From Verrucomicrobiales bacterium (GTDB taxonomy: Bacteria; Verrucomicrobiota; Verrucomicrobiia; Verrucomicrobiales; SLCJ01): a stretch of DNA of 62,331 nt. Every line of letters begins with the position of its first letter. Position 1 is the first letter of the stretch. The notes beneath the pieces were generated by a model that ran no database searches, was not told the origin of the DNA, and saw nothing but the letters and a program-made list of their open reading frames with translations. The DNA lies in the NCBI GenBank assembly GCA_046075565.1, contig JBJTQJ010000010.1:1-62331 (forward strand), written 5' to 3'. The position numbers and the translations under genes were made by a program. Below, piece after piece: positions 48,984-58,453 of the stretch.

Positions 48984-50159
48984 ATGCGCCTCAGCATTGT
49001 CACCGATACCTTCCCTCCGGATGTCAACGGCGTGGCGAACACTCTCCGGCGCCTGCGGGGACTTTTGCAAACGCGGGGCCATGAGGTGGACCTCGTGCTT
49101 CCCGGCGACCTGCGGGTGGGAGCGCATAAAGCGGGTTTGATCTCGGAAGAAGAATCCTCGGCCCGTCTTCGCCTAGCGGCCTTGCCGGTGCCGGGCTACA
49201 AGGGTTTGCGTTTCGGGCTTTTTTCGCGCGCTCCCTTGCGCAAACACTGGACGAAGTATCGCCCGGATATCATTTACGTGGCCACGGAAAGCCCTCTCGG
49301 TTTTTCCGCCGTGGAAGCTGCAGAGGACCTTGGCATCGCCGTCGTCTCCGGTTACCACACGAATTTCGATACCTACATGCAGGATTACAAGGTCCCGATG
49401 CTCAAGTCCATCGCGGGCGGCTATTTGAAAAACCTCCACAACCGGACCGCCGCCACCTTCGCGCCCGCGCCGGATGTGATTGACCGGCTTCAGGAGACAG
49501 GATTCAAAGAGATCCGTTTGTTAGGCCGTGGGGTGGACACCGTGCTTTTTGATCCGGATAAACGCTGCCCCGAGCTGCGGCGGGAGTGGGGCGCGGCGGA
49601 TGATAACACGACCGTCGGACTTTACGTCGGACGCGTGGCTCCCGAGAAGAATGTGCCGCTGGCCCTGGAATCAGCCGCCGCTCTGCGGGCCTCCGAGATT
49701 GCATCCGGCCGCGATTCCCGTATGGTCGTGGTTGGCGACGGGCCGAAACGCGAGGAATTGGCCAAGGCACATCCGGGGGTCATTTTTGCGGGCACCCTCA
49801 CCGGGGTCGATTTGGCGCGGGCTTTCGCCTCCGCCGACCTGTTCCTTTTCCCCAGCACGAGCGAGACGTTCGGAAATGTCATCCTCGAGGCCATGGCGAG
49901 CGGATTGGTGACGGTCTCTTTTGATTACGCCGCGACGTCACTTCATGTCCGCGATGGACAAAACGGGTTCGCCGTCTCCCCTGTCGGGGATGCCGGGGCA
50001 TTTCTCACCGCCTGCGGGCGGGCCGCCGATCGGGAAAAATGGCCGGAAATCCGCGCCGAAGCCCGCCGGACCAGCCTCGCCATCTCCTGGGATGCGGTCG
50101 CCGACCAGTTCGAAAGCGATTTGCTGGAACTGCTCGCCCGCCATGGCGGAAAGTCTTGA
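48984..50159 (+). CDS. GT4-family glycosyltransferase
   Basis: TDTFPPDVNGVA, YHTNF, YVGRVAPEKN, ETFGNVILEAMASG. Confidence 0.93.
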   Translation: MRLSIVTDTFPPDVNGVANTLRRLRGLLQTRGHEVDLVLPGDLRVGAHKAGLISEEESSARLRLAALPVPGYKGLRFGLFSRAPLRKHWTKYRPDIIYVATESPLGFSAVEAAEDLGIAVVSGYHTNFDTYMQDYKVPMLKSIAGGYLKNLHNRTAATFAPAPDVIDRLQETGFKEIRLLGRGVDTVLFDPDKRCPELRREWGAADDNTTVGLYVGRVAPEKNVPLALESAAALRASEIASGRDSRMVVVGDGPKREELAKAHPGVIFAGTLTGVDLARAFASADLFLFPSTSETFGNVILEAMASGLVTVSFDYAATSLHVRDGQNGFAVSPVGDAGAFLTACGRAADREKWPEIRAEARRTSLAISWDAVADQFESDLLELLARHGGKS

Positions 50160-50184
50160 CAGTTCTGGCGGCATCGCCTAGCTT
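50156..50184 (+). promoter_or_regulatory. sigma70 promoter for rpoA-rplQ
   Basis: TTGACA (50156-50161)-N17-TAGCTT (50179-50184). Confidence 0.7.
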
Positions 50185-50286
50185 TCCTGCCCCGCGAGTC
50201 CTGCCATCGGCCGTCGGTCTCTGGGCATCTCCTTTTGGGAAGGTGTCGCGCTCGCCAGAGGTAACCCGGCCAATCAAAATACATCC

Positions 50287-51357
50287 ATGCCAGCCAAACT
50301 AGCCCGGTTCGAACTGCCGAACAAACTCGTGCGTGACGAAGTCACCGCCACGGAAACCTACGCCAAATTCATCGCCGAACCTTTCGAACAAGGATACGGC
50401 CACACCATCGGGAACTCGCTCCGCCGCGTCCTGCTCTCCTCTCTGGAAGGGGCCGCCATCACCTCGGTGAAAGTCTCCGGAGCCCTCCACGAATTCACTT
50501 CCCTGCCCGGAGTGGTCGAGGACGTCACTGAAATCATCCTCAATCTCAAGAAGATCAAATTCCTCAACCACGGGGAAAGCAAAGAACCGCGCGTTCTCAC
50601 CATCAACGTTGACAAAGAAGGTGTGGTGACCGCGGGCGACATCAGCGAAGACAACCTCTATGAGGTCGTCAACAAAGACCAGATCATCTGCACGCTCGAT
50701 CGCAAAACGCGCTTCGAAGCCGAAATGGAAGTCCGCGTCGGCCGTGGTTTCAATACCGGCGAAGAAAATAAATACCGCGACATGCCCATCGGCGTGATCG
50801 CCATCGACTCGATTTTCTCCCCGGTCGTGCGCGTGAAATACGCCGTCGAAGATACCCGCGTCGGCCAGCACACCGACTACAACCGTCTCATCATGGAGAT
50901 CTGGACCGATGGTCGTATCAATCCTCAGGATGCCCTGCTTCAATCCTCGGCCATTCTCCGCCACCACCTCGATGTCTTCGTCAACTACGACGACAGCCAA
51001 GTTGAATTCGAAGCCGCGCCGGAATCGCAAAGCGAAGAAAACGCCGAGCTGCGCCGCCTGCTCAACATGAGCGTGAACGAGATCGAACTCTCCGTGCGCG
51101 CCGCCAATTGCCTCAACAACGCCAACATCACCACCGTTGGACAGCTGGCCATGAAGTCGGAAGCCGAAATGCTCAAATACCGCAACTTCGGCAAGAAGTC
51201 CCTCAACGAGATCAAGGACAAACTGCACGAACTCGGTCTTGGCCTCGGCATGAGCTTCGATCCCAACATGCTCGAAAGCAACGCCCCGGCGAGCCCCCTG
51301 GCCGCCAACATCGAAGCCGACGCCTTCGCCAGCCTCATCAAAGATAATCTGCGCTGA
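50287..51357 (+). CDS. rpoA: RNA polymerase alpha subunit
   Basis: EPFEQGYGHTIGNSLRRVLLSS, IDSIFSPV, ELSVRAANCL, NFGKKSLNEI. Confidence 0.98.
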   Translation: MPAKLARFELPNKLVRDEVTATETYAKFIAEPFEQGYGHTIGNSLRRVLLSSLEGAAITSVKVSGALHEFTSLPGVVEDVTEIILNLKKIKFLNHGESKEPRVLTINVDKEGVVTAGDISEDNLYEVVNKDQIICTLDRKTRFEAEMEVRVGRGFNTGEENKYRDMPIGVIAIDSIFSPVVRVKYAVEDTRVGQHTDYNRLIMEIWTDGRINPQDALLQSSAILRHHLDVFVNYDDSQVEFEAAPESQSEENAELRRLLNMSVNEIELSVRAANCLNNANITTVGQLAMKSEAEMLKYRNFGKKSLNEIKDKLHELGLGLGMSFDPNMLESNAPASPLAANIEADAFASLIKDNLR

Positions 51358-51398
51358 CGCGCTCGCCCCCACCGGCACCCCTTAACCACACAGAAGCC

Positions 51399-51812
51399 AT
51401 GAGACACAATCGTAAAGTCCCCAAACTCCAGCGCCGCGCCGACCAACGCAAGGCCCTGTTGTCCAACCTTGTCTGCTCGCTCATCGAGCACCGCCGCATC
51501 CGCACCACCCTGGCCAAGGCCAAGGCCGTGCGCCCGTTCGCGGAAAGAATGCTCACCCTCGGCAAACGCGGCGATCTTCACGCCCGCCGCACCGCCCTGA
51601 GCTATCTCAAGCACAAGGACATCGTCGCGAAACTCTTCTCCGAGGTCGCGCCCGCTGCCGCCGCCCGCAATGGCGGTTACACCCGCATCACCAAACTCGG
51701 CCAACGCCCCACCGACTCCGCCCCCATGGCCTACATCGAGTGGGTTGATTTCGTGGCCACGCCTGCGGCAAAAGAATCCACCGAAAAAGCGGCCGAAGCC
51801 ACCGCGTCCTGA
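51399..51812 (+). CDS. rplQ: 50S ribosomal protein L17
   Basis: MRH, IRTTLAKAK, RNGGYTRI, DSAPMAYIE. Confidence 0.98.
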   Translation: MRHNRKVPKLQRRADQRKALLSNLVCSLIEHRRIRTTLAKAKAVRPFAERMLTLGKRGDLHARRTALSYLKHKDIVAKLFSEVAPAAAARNGGYTRITKLGQRPTDSAPMAYIEWVDFVATPAAKESTEKAAEATAS

Positions 51813-51856
51813 TTCCCGAAAAGGAATCACACGCGAGGCCACGCCCCCGCTTCCCG

Positions 51857-51896
51857 AACTCCCCGCTCCACTCATGGAGCGGGGAGTTTTTGTTTT
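51857..51896 (+). terminator. Intrinsic terminator after rplQ
   Basis: 14-bp stem AACTCCCCGCTCCA/TGGAGCGGGGAGTT followed by TTTGTTTT. Confidence 0.88.
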
Positions 51897-52054
51897 GAGT
51901 GGGTGACCCCACTCCCGGCCGAACATCCAACTGCTCCCGTGGATCCGCTGACACACATTGCGGCAAAGACGTCCCCAATTGCCCCACTTTGTCAACCATT
52001 CCGCAGCTTGGCACTTGCGCGGCGGGCCCGGCACCAGCAGAGTCCGCATACCTC

Positions 52055-53317
52055 ATGACTCCCCTGCGTCTCGCCATCGCCGGTTGCGGCTCCCGCGGCC
52101 GAACTTACGCCCGCATCGCCGCCCAGCTCTCACCCCGTTATTCCATCGTTGCGGCAGCCGACCCCGACCCCGCGGCCCGCGCCCAGATTGCCCTCGTCGC
52201 CGGCGAGAATTGCCGCGAGTTCGCGTCGGCCGATGAACTCATCGAAGCCCGTCCCGATGCCGATGCGATGGTCATCGCCACCCAGGATGAAACGCACCAT
52301 GAGCTGGCTATCCGAGCCATGGAAGCCGGATATGACCTGCTTCTGGAAAAACCCGCCGCCACAAACCTCGAACATGTGCTGGCAATCCGCGAAACCGCCC
52401 GGGCGACCGGAAAAAAAGTCGTGCTCTGTTATGTGCTGCGCCACACGCCGTTCTACAGGGCCATCCGCGACTTTCTCTCGAGCGGCCGTTTGGGGAAAAT
52501 CGTGAATATCCAGATGGTCGAGGGGGTTGAACCATATCATCAGGCCCATAGTTTTGTGCGCGGGCATTGGTCACGGGAGCAGGATTCAAGTCCCATGATC
52601 CTCGCGAAGTCATGCCACGACATGGATATCATGCAATGGCTGGTTGGCTCCCCCGCGAGGGCGCTCTCTTCCTTCGGTCGTCTCGGACATTTCCATAAAG
52701 GCAATGCCCCCGCCGGCTCAACCGCCCGCTGCACCGATGGGTGCCCACACAGTGGGAGCTGCTTTTACGATGCCCATCGTTACCTTTCCGACAAACGCCG
52801 CTGGTTGAACATGATTCTGCCGAATGCGGAATCCATGGACGACGCCTCGATTCTCGACTTCTTGCGCTCCAGTCCATGGGGTCGATGCGTCTGGCATTGT
52901 GACAACGATGTCGTCGACCACCAGGTCATCGGCTTTGACTTTGAAAACGGAGTCAGCGGCACGTTCACCATGAGCGCCTTCGACAGCGGACGCCAAATCA
53001 GCATCATGGGCACGGAAGGCGTTCTCAAGGGCGGCGCCGACGGCACCCGCACCGGTGCGCCCGAACTGTGGTTCCGCTCGCATGCTTCCGAGAGTGCCGA
53101 AGCCGTGGCTTTGCCTCCCGCCCCTGAACATGGCTATGCCGGTCATGGTGGAGGAGACTACGGCATCATCGATGCCCTCGACAAAATCCTGCGCGGTGCC
53201 GACTCGGGCGAACACCTGCTCGACTCCACCCTCGAGTCGCACTTCATGGCCTTCGCCGCCGAACAATCCCGACGCGAGGATGGACGCCGCATCCTGCTCG
53301 ACGAACTCCGCGGGTGA
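52055..53317 (+). CDS. Gfo/Idh/MocA-family oxidoreductase
   Basis: IAGCGSRG, IATQD..H, LLEKP, LAKSCHDMD. Confidence 0.92.
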   Translation: MTPLRLAIAGCGSRGRTYARIAAQLSPRYSIVAAADPDPAARAQIALVAGENCREFASADELIEARPDADAMVIATQDETHHELAIRAMEAGYDLLLEKPAATNLEHVLAIRETARATGKKVVLCYVLRHTPFYRAIRDFLSSGRLGKIVNIQMVEGVEPYHQAHSFVRGHWSREQDSSPMILAKSCHDMDIMQWLVGSPARALSSFGRLGHFHKGNAPAGSTARCTDGCPHSGSCFYDAHRYLSDKRRWLNMILPNAESMDDASILDFLRSSPWGRCVWHCDNDVVDHQVIGFDFENGVSGTFTMSAFDSGRQISIMGTEGVLKGGADGTRTGAPELWFRSHASESAEAVALPPAPEHGYAGHGGGDYGIIDALDKILRGADSGEHLLDSTLESHFMAFAAEQSRREDGRRILLDELRG

Positions 53318-53339
53318 AAGAAAATCAATTTCAACCGAT

Positions 53340-54128
53340 ATGAACACCCATTCTCCCATCGGCATCTTCGATAGCGGGCTGGGTGGCCTTTCCGTCGCGC
53401 GCGAAGTCCACCAACTCCTGCCCGGAGAGGATTTGCTCTACATCGCCGACAGCGCGTGGTGCCCGTATGGTGGACGCCCGCTTTCCGAAATCCGCGAGCG
53501 CGCCCATTTTCTAACAGAATCACTGCTTGCAGCCGGCGCGAAACTGATTGTCGTCGCTTGCAATACCGCCACCATCGCCGCCGTCGAAAGTTTGCGGGCC
53601 ACCTATCCCATCGGCTTCGTCGGCATGGAACCGGCTGTCAAACCAGCCGTGGCCGCCACAAGGACCGGCGTGGTGGGAGTGCTGGCAACCGGAGCTGCGC
53701 TCAGCGGGGAAAAATTCCACCAACTTGTCGCCCGCCATGCCGACGGAGTGCGTGTGATCACCCAACCTTGCCCGGGATTGGTAGAAAAGGTCGAAACAGG
53801 TGATCTCGATGGCGACGAGACTGCCACCTTGGTTCGACGTTATGCCAATCCTCTTCTGGAGGCGGGTGCCGATACACTCGTGCTCGGTTGCACACACTAC
53901 CCGCTCCTGCGACCCCTCATCCAGTCCATCGTGGGACTCGGAGTCCAACTGATCGACACGGGAGCAGCGGTCGCACGTCAGGTCGGGCGGATGCTTGAAA
54001 AAGAAGGGCTCGCGCGCACGGAATCCAATCATAAAGGAACACTCCGCGTCCGCACCACCGGCGATGCCGCCTCGTTGGCCCGTGTTTTCCCGAAGCTCTG
54101 GCCGGGCCCGAAGATGGAGAGTTGGTGA
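53340..54128 (+). CDS. murI: Glutamate racemase
   Basis: FDSGLGG, PYG, ACNTA, LGCTHYP. Confidence 0.96.
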   Translation: MNTHSPIGIFDSGLGGLSVAREVHQLLPGEDLLYIADSAWCPYGGRPLSEIRERAHFLTESLLAAGAKLIVVACNTATIAAVESLRATYPIGFVGMEPAVKPAVAATRTGVVGVLATGAALSGEKFHQLVARHADGVRVITQPCPGLVEKVETGDLDGDETATLVRRYANPLLEAGADTLVLGCTHYPLLRPLIQSIVGLGVQLIDTGAAVARQVGRMLEKEGLARTESNHKGTLRVRTTGDAASLARVFPKLWPGPKMESW

Positions 54129-54177
54129 GCCGAAGCTCCGCAATGAGCTTGCGCCGCCGTAGCCTGAATCCTGCTTC

Positions 54178-54655
54178 CAATCCCAACGGGATTGTGTCCT
54201 ACTGGTGTGCGAGGGCTCGTCTTACGCGTCTCTGTCAAGCCTTCCCGCGGCTCCTCGAAGGGTGGTCCCGACTCACTGAGCCGTCGCGTCACCCACCAAG
54301 AGCTGGGAAGAATCCCAGCAGTCCAAGAGTCTTCGGCGCTACGGTAAGCCAACCCCGAGAGCCACGTTCTCCTTTTTCCGGGGAGCCACGGATCATTCGC
54401 CGGAGGCTCTGGACTGCGGTGGTTCCTCCACCGCTCTGGGGAAAGATCCTCCATCGCCCTTACGAGCCGAGCAACCGGACGATCCCTCCACTGGGCCGCT
54501 CTCTCTAAGAAAGCGAGTTCAGCACCAAAATCGAGAGGCAGGGACCGCTGTCCCAGCGGTCCGTGAGATCGTGAGGCCAAGGAAACCGCCAAAGCGTGGT
54601 GGATCTCCCCCCGCGGACGTTTGGGGCCAAACGTCCCTGCCTCGGTCGTTCGGAG
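54178..54655. repeat. Composite REP-like cluster: inverted module B (54211-54505) then module A (54529-54655)
   Basis: Matches 15765-15925 (reverse complement) and 15641-15767 (direct). Confidence 0.88.
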
Positions 54656-54745
54656 GGGCAAGCTGGGTGGCGGGGGCAGATCGCTCGGGGAGCCACCACG
54701 GCGAGATAAAACAATCCGCAGCAGAACGGGTGGGAGAAACGCGGG

Positions 54746-56977
54746 TTACCCCAACTGGTAGCTGTCCACATCCACTCCGATGCCGACATTTTTCCCGGGC
54801 TTCCAATCCCGCATGGCCTCCTGCAAGCGGGCGCAAAGCAAACGCACGGAAGAGGATCGCAGCATGAGTTGGAAGCGGAAATGATCCTGTGCTTTGGCAA
54901 GCGGCGAAGCGACCGGCTCTCCCATACTCACGGATTCCGGCAGGATACGCTTGAGACGTCCGTGCAAGTCGAGCAGCGCACCTTCGGCCAACGCCGCATC
55001 CTGGCAACGCGCGGTGATGAGCACGACATGCGATTCGGGCGGATACCGGAAAGCATTGCGGAAATCCATCTCCTGCTCCAGAAACCCCGCGAAGTCGTGG
55101 CGCCTGGCATGTTGGATCGCCGGGCTGTGGGGAGCATACGTTTGGATGATCACCTCGCCCGCGACATCGCCGCGTCCGGCTCGGCCAGCTACCTGGGTTA
55201 GAAGTTGGAAGGTGCGTTCGCCCGCTCGGAAATCCGGCATGTTCAGACTGACGTCGGCATTGAGCACACCCACCAGCGTGACATTGGGAAAATCCAACCC
55301 CTTGGCAATCATCTGTGTGCCGACGAGGATATCAATCTTCCCGGTGCGGAACGCGCGCAAGGTCTCGCGGAGGTGGTGTTTACGCTGGGTGTTGTCGCTG
55401 TCGAGGCGCGCCAACTTCGCTTTGGGAAACACCTTACCCAACACCTCCTCGACTTTCTGGGTGCCATAGCCGGTCATGAGAATGCTTGGATCTCCGCAGG
55501 CAGGACATTTGCTCGGAACCCGCTGCCGGAACCCGCAAACATGGCAGACGAGTCGATCTTCGGATTTATGATAGGTCAGGGCCACGCTGCAGTGGTTGCA
55601 TGTGCACAGGTGTCCGCAACTAGGGCATTGCAGCGTGCGCGCGAATCCACGGCGGTTCAGAAAGAGGATGCTTTGTTCTCCCTTGGCCAGACGCTCTTCG
55701 ATTCCCCGCCGCAAAGGATCGCTGAGGATCGCCACGCCCTTCATCTTGCGCGACTCGATCCGCATGTCCACCACCCGGATGAGCGGCAGATGCCGATGGT
55801 CGATGCGTCGGGTCATGGCCACGAGCGCATATTTCCCGGTCTTCGTATTCTGAAAAGATTCGAACGACGGTGTCGCGCTTCCCAGCACGACACCGCATCC
55901 TTCAAGATGGGCCCGCACTACCGCCACGTCGCGGCCATGGTATCGGGGCACGCTGTCCTGTTTGTAGGATGCTTCGTGTTCCTCATCCACGATGATGATG
56001 CCGAGGTTCGCCACCGGAGCGAAGACGGCGCTGCGGGGTCCGATGACCACACGTGCCTCGCCCTTGCGGATGCGCCGCCACTCGTCGTGGCGCTCGCCTT
56101 CGGAAAGCTGGCTGTGCAGTACCGCCACCCCGATACCGCAGGCATCAAACCGCCCTTTGAAGCGTTCGACCGTCTGCGGGGTGAGCGCGATTTCGGGCAC
56201 GAGAACAATCGCGCCGCGCCCGGCCTCTAGCATCTGGGCAATCAGTTGCAGATAGACTTCCGTTTTCCCGCTACCAGTCACCCCATGCAGCAAAACGGGC
56301 TTCGGTGCCGGACCAGCCAACAACCCGCTGATATTGGCCACAGCGGCGGACTGCTCCTCGGTGAGTGCGGGCGCTTCGGTGGCGACGATTTCTTCCCCCT
56401 CCCAGGGGTCGCGGGTCACCTCCTCCTCGCCGAAAGCCACCCATCCCCGGCCAGCGAGCGCTTTGAGCGAAGCACCGACCGATTGGCTATCGCCGAGCTC
56501 GGCCACAGGGGTGGACTCCCCGACGGAAAGGGCGCGCACCAATGCCGCCTGACGGGGTGCCCGGCGCCGCAGTGCCTCGATTTCCTCCTCGGGGATCTCC
56601 TTGGCCAACCGCGCGGTGCGGCGGACTTTCCCCTTATTCTCCTCCGGACGGACCGCGGGGGGAGCCATGGCTCGCAAAATGGCTTCCATGGGGGCGAGGT
56701 AGTAGGCGGCAATCCAGCGAGCTAATTCCAGCAATTTTGGGGGCAGGAGGGGAGCCTCGTCGAGCACACCAAGAATTGGCTTCAGTTCCACCCCCGCCGG
56801 AACTGCCGCCTCCCGGGCAGGACGCACGTCCATCACCGTGCCCGTGGCCGCGCGCTGCCGGAGGGGCACCCTCACCCTCATTCCGGGCACAATGCGGGCA
56901 TCCAAATCCGCCGGCACCCGGTAGTCAAATACCCGGTCCGCCGAACTGTCGATCAACACGGCCGCCACTTTCTCCAT
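54746..56977 (-). CDS. priA: Primosomal protein N'
   Basis: FDY, GVTGSGKTEVY, VPEIALT, DEEHE, four CxxC pairs, GTQMIAKG, QVAGRAGR. Confidence 0.97.
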   Translation of the reverse strand: MEKVAAVLIDSSADRVFDYRVPADLDARIVPGMRVRVPLRQRAATGTVMDVRPAREAAVPAGVELKPILGVLDEAPLLPPKLLELARWIAAYYLAPMEAILRAMAPPAVRPEENKGKVRRTARLAKEIPEEEIEALRRRAPRQAALVRALSVGESTPVAELGDSQSVGASLKALAGRGWVAFGEEEVTRDPWEGEEIVATEAPALTEEQSAAVANISGLLAGPAPKPVLLHGVTGSGKTEVYLQLIAQMLEAGRGAIVLVPEIALTPQTVERFKGRFDACGIGVAVLHSQLSEGERHDEWRRIRKGEARVVIGPRSAVFAPVANLGIIIVDEEHEASYKQDSVPRYHGRDVAVVRAHLEGCGVVLGSATPSFESFQNTKTGKYALVAMTRRIDHRHLPLIRVVDMRIESRKMKGVAILSDPLRRGIEERLAKGEQSILFLNRRGFARTLQCPSCGHLCTCNHCSVALTYHKSEDRLVCHVCGFRQRVPSKCPACGDPSILMTGYGTQKVEEVLGKVFPKAKLARLDSDNTQRKHHLRETLRAFRTGKIDILVGTQMIAKGLDFPNVTLVGVLNADVSLNMPDFRAGERTFQLLTQVAGRAGRGDVAGEVIIQTYAPHSPAIQHARRHDFAGFLEQEMDFRNAFRYPPESHVVLITARCQDAALAEGALLDLHGRLKRILPESVSMGEPVASPLAKAQDHFRFQLMLRSSSVRLLCARLQEAMRDWKPGKNVGIGVDVDSYQLG

Positions 56978-57032
56978 GCCCGGCTACGGTGGCGCGATTC
57001 GGGCAACTGCTCAAGAGAATTGGAAGCGGCAA

Positions 57033-57060
57033 TTGACAGCCGCGGAATCTCCGATATACT
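57033..57060 (+). promoter_or_regulatory. sigma70 promoter for rpsT
   Basis: TTGACA-N16-TATACT. Confidence 0.7.
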
Positions 57061-57087
57061 TGCGATCCTTTTACAAATCCGATTTCC

Positions 57088-57354
57088 ATGGCCAATACCA
57101 AGTCAGCCCTCAAGCGCGTGCGCCAAATCGAGCGTCGCACCGAACTCAATCGTGCCGCCAAGTCCCGTCTCAAGACCCTCCGCAAAAAGGTGGGCACCGC
57201 CGCCGAATCCGGGAAAGCCGAGGAAATCAGCGCCGCTCTCAGCTCCTACGCCTCCGCCGTGGACCGCGCCGCCAAGACCAGCCTCATTCACAAGAATGCC
57301 GCCTCCCGCCTGAAGAGCAAGGCTGCCGCCGCCGCCAAAAAGGCCAAGGCCTGA
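57088..57354 (+). CDS. rpsT: 30S ribosomal protein S20
   Basis: MANTKSALKR..N...KSRLKT..IHKNAASR.KS. Confidence 0.97.
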   Translation: MANTKSALKRVRQIERRTELNRAAKSRLKTLRKKVGTAAESGKAEEISAALSSYASAVDRAAKTSLIHKNAASRLKSKAAAAAKKAKA

Positions 57355-57378
57355 TTTTCAAACCAGTTTTTCCAAAAG

Positions 57379-57413
57379 AGCGGCCCGGATACTCTCCGGG
57401 CCGCTTCTTTTTT
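57379..57413 (+). terminator. Intrinsic terminator after rpsT
   Basis: AGCGGCCCGGA/TCCGGGCCGCT stem followed by TCTTTTTT. Confidence 0.85.
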
Positions 57414-57489
57414 GTGAGCGCAAAATAGCCGCTCTGCCAGCCCGCATTTCTGCTTTCTCTCCGGTGTCTCCCGCCTACCCTTTGCCGCG

Positions 57490-58128
57490 ATGTTTTTCCT
57501 GCCGCCGCCGACCGACGAAGATCCGCCGCCCCGCGGGGTCATCTTCGATTTTGACGGGGTGATCGTCAATACCGAGGAAGCGGTTTATGATGCGTGGCGC
57601 GAAGTGTTTCTCGCCCATGGTGCCGACCTGCCGCTCGACCTCTATCGCCGATGTGTGGGCAGCGACCACGGGCTCTGGGATCCGAAAGTTTATTTCGAAG
57701 AAGTCACCGGTCTCAAACCCGAGTGGGATCCCATTCTCCATGAAAAAAACCGCCGGACGCGCGAACTCTTGGCCGGCATGCAAACAATGCCCGGGATCCT
57801 CGACACCCTCGCTTTTCTGGAGAGTCGCGCCATTCCCATGGCGGTCGCTTCCAGTTCAAGCCGATCATGGGTCGGTGGTTGGCTCGACCGGCTGGGTCTC
57901 GTGAAATACTTCCACTCCTGGCATTGCCGGGACGACGTGGCTCGTGTAAAGCCCTTTCCCGACCTTTTTCTCCGTGCCGCGGCCGCCCTCCGACTTCATC
58001 CGTCGGAAATTCTGGTGATCGAAGACTCGGCGAACGGCCTCCGCGCCGCCCACGCCGCGAATATGCGCTGCCTCCTCATCCCGAATGAGATCACCCGGGG
58101 ACAAGTAGGACCCGATACTGGCCCTTGA
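57490..58128 (+). CDS. HAD-family phosphatase
   Basis: FDFDGVIVNTE, VASSS, KPFPD, IEDSANG. Confidence 0.92.
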   Translation: MFFLPPPTDEDPPPRGVIFDFDGVIVNTEEAVYDAWREVFLAHGADLPLDLYRRCVGSDHGLWDPKVYFEEVTGLKPEWDPILHEKNRRTRELLAGMQTMPGILDTLAFLESRAIPMAVASSSSRSWVGGWLDRLGLVKYFHSWHCRDDVARVKPFPDLFLRAAAALRLHPSEILVIEDSANGLRAAHAANMRCLLIPNEITRGQVGPDTGP

Positions 58129-58180
58129 GTGGTTCAAGGGAGCATCACCGAGTCGGGGCACAAGAAGGATCGTTTTCGGT

Positions 58181-58453
58181 TCAGTAGTAGTATCTCGGAC
58201 GCCCGTAATACATGGAGTTTACCTTGCCACGTCGGTCCCCTGCTAAACCACCAACGGCTGCCCCGATGGCGGCACCGCCCCAGGAACCCATGCTGGTGTT
58301 ATTGCCGATGACCGCTCCGGTAATGCCTCCCACCACCGTGCCTGTGCGGCGACCGGACCGAACGTAGGGATCAGGATGAGGAGCGACCACACAGGAAGTG
58401 AAAGGAGAAACCACTGTCAAAGCGGTGAGAAGAAGAATTGCGTGCTTTTTCAT
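58181..58453 (-). CDS. Small glycine-zipper lipoprotein
   Basis: Signal ending FTSC; GTVVGGITGAVIG..GAAIGAAVGGLAG. Confidence 0.78.
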   Translation of the reverse strand: MKKHAILLLTALTVVSPFTSCVVAPHPDPYVRSGRRTGTVVGGITGAVIGNNTSMGSWGGAAIGAAVGGLAGDRRGKVNSMYYGRPRYYY

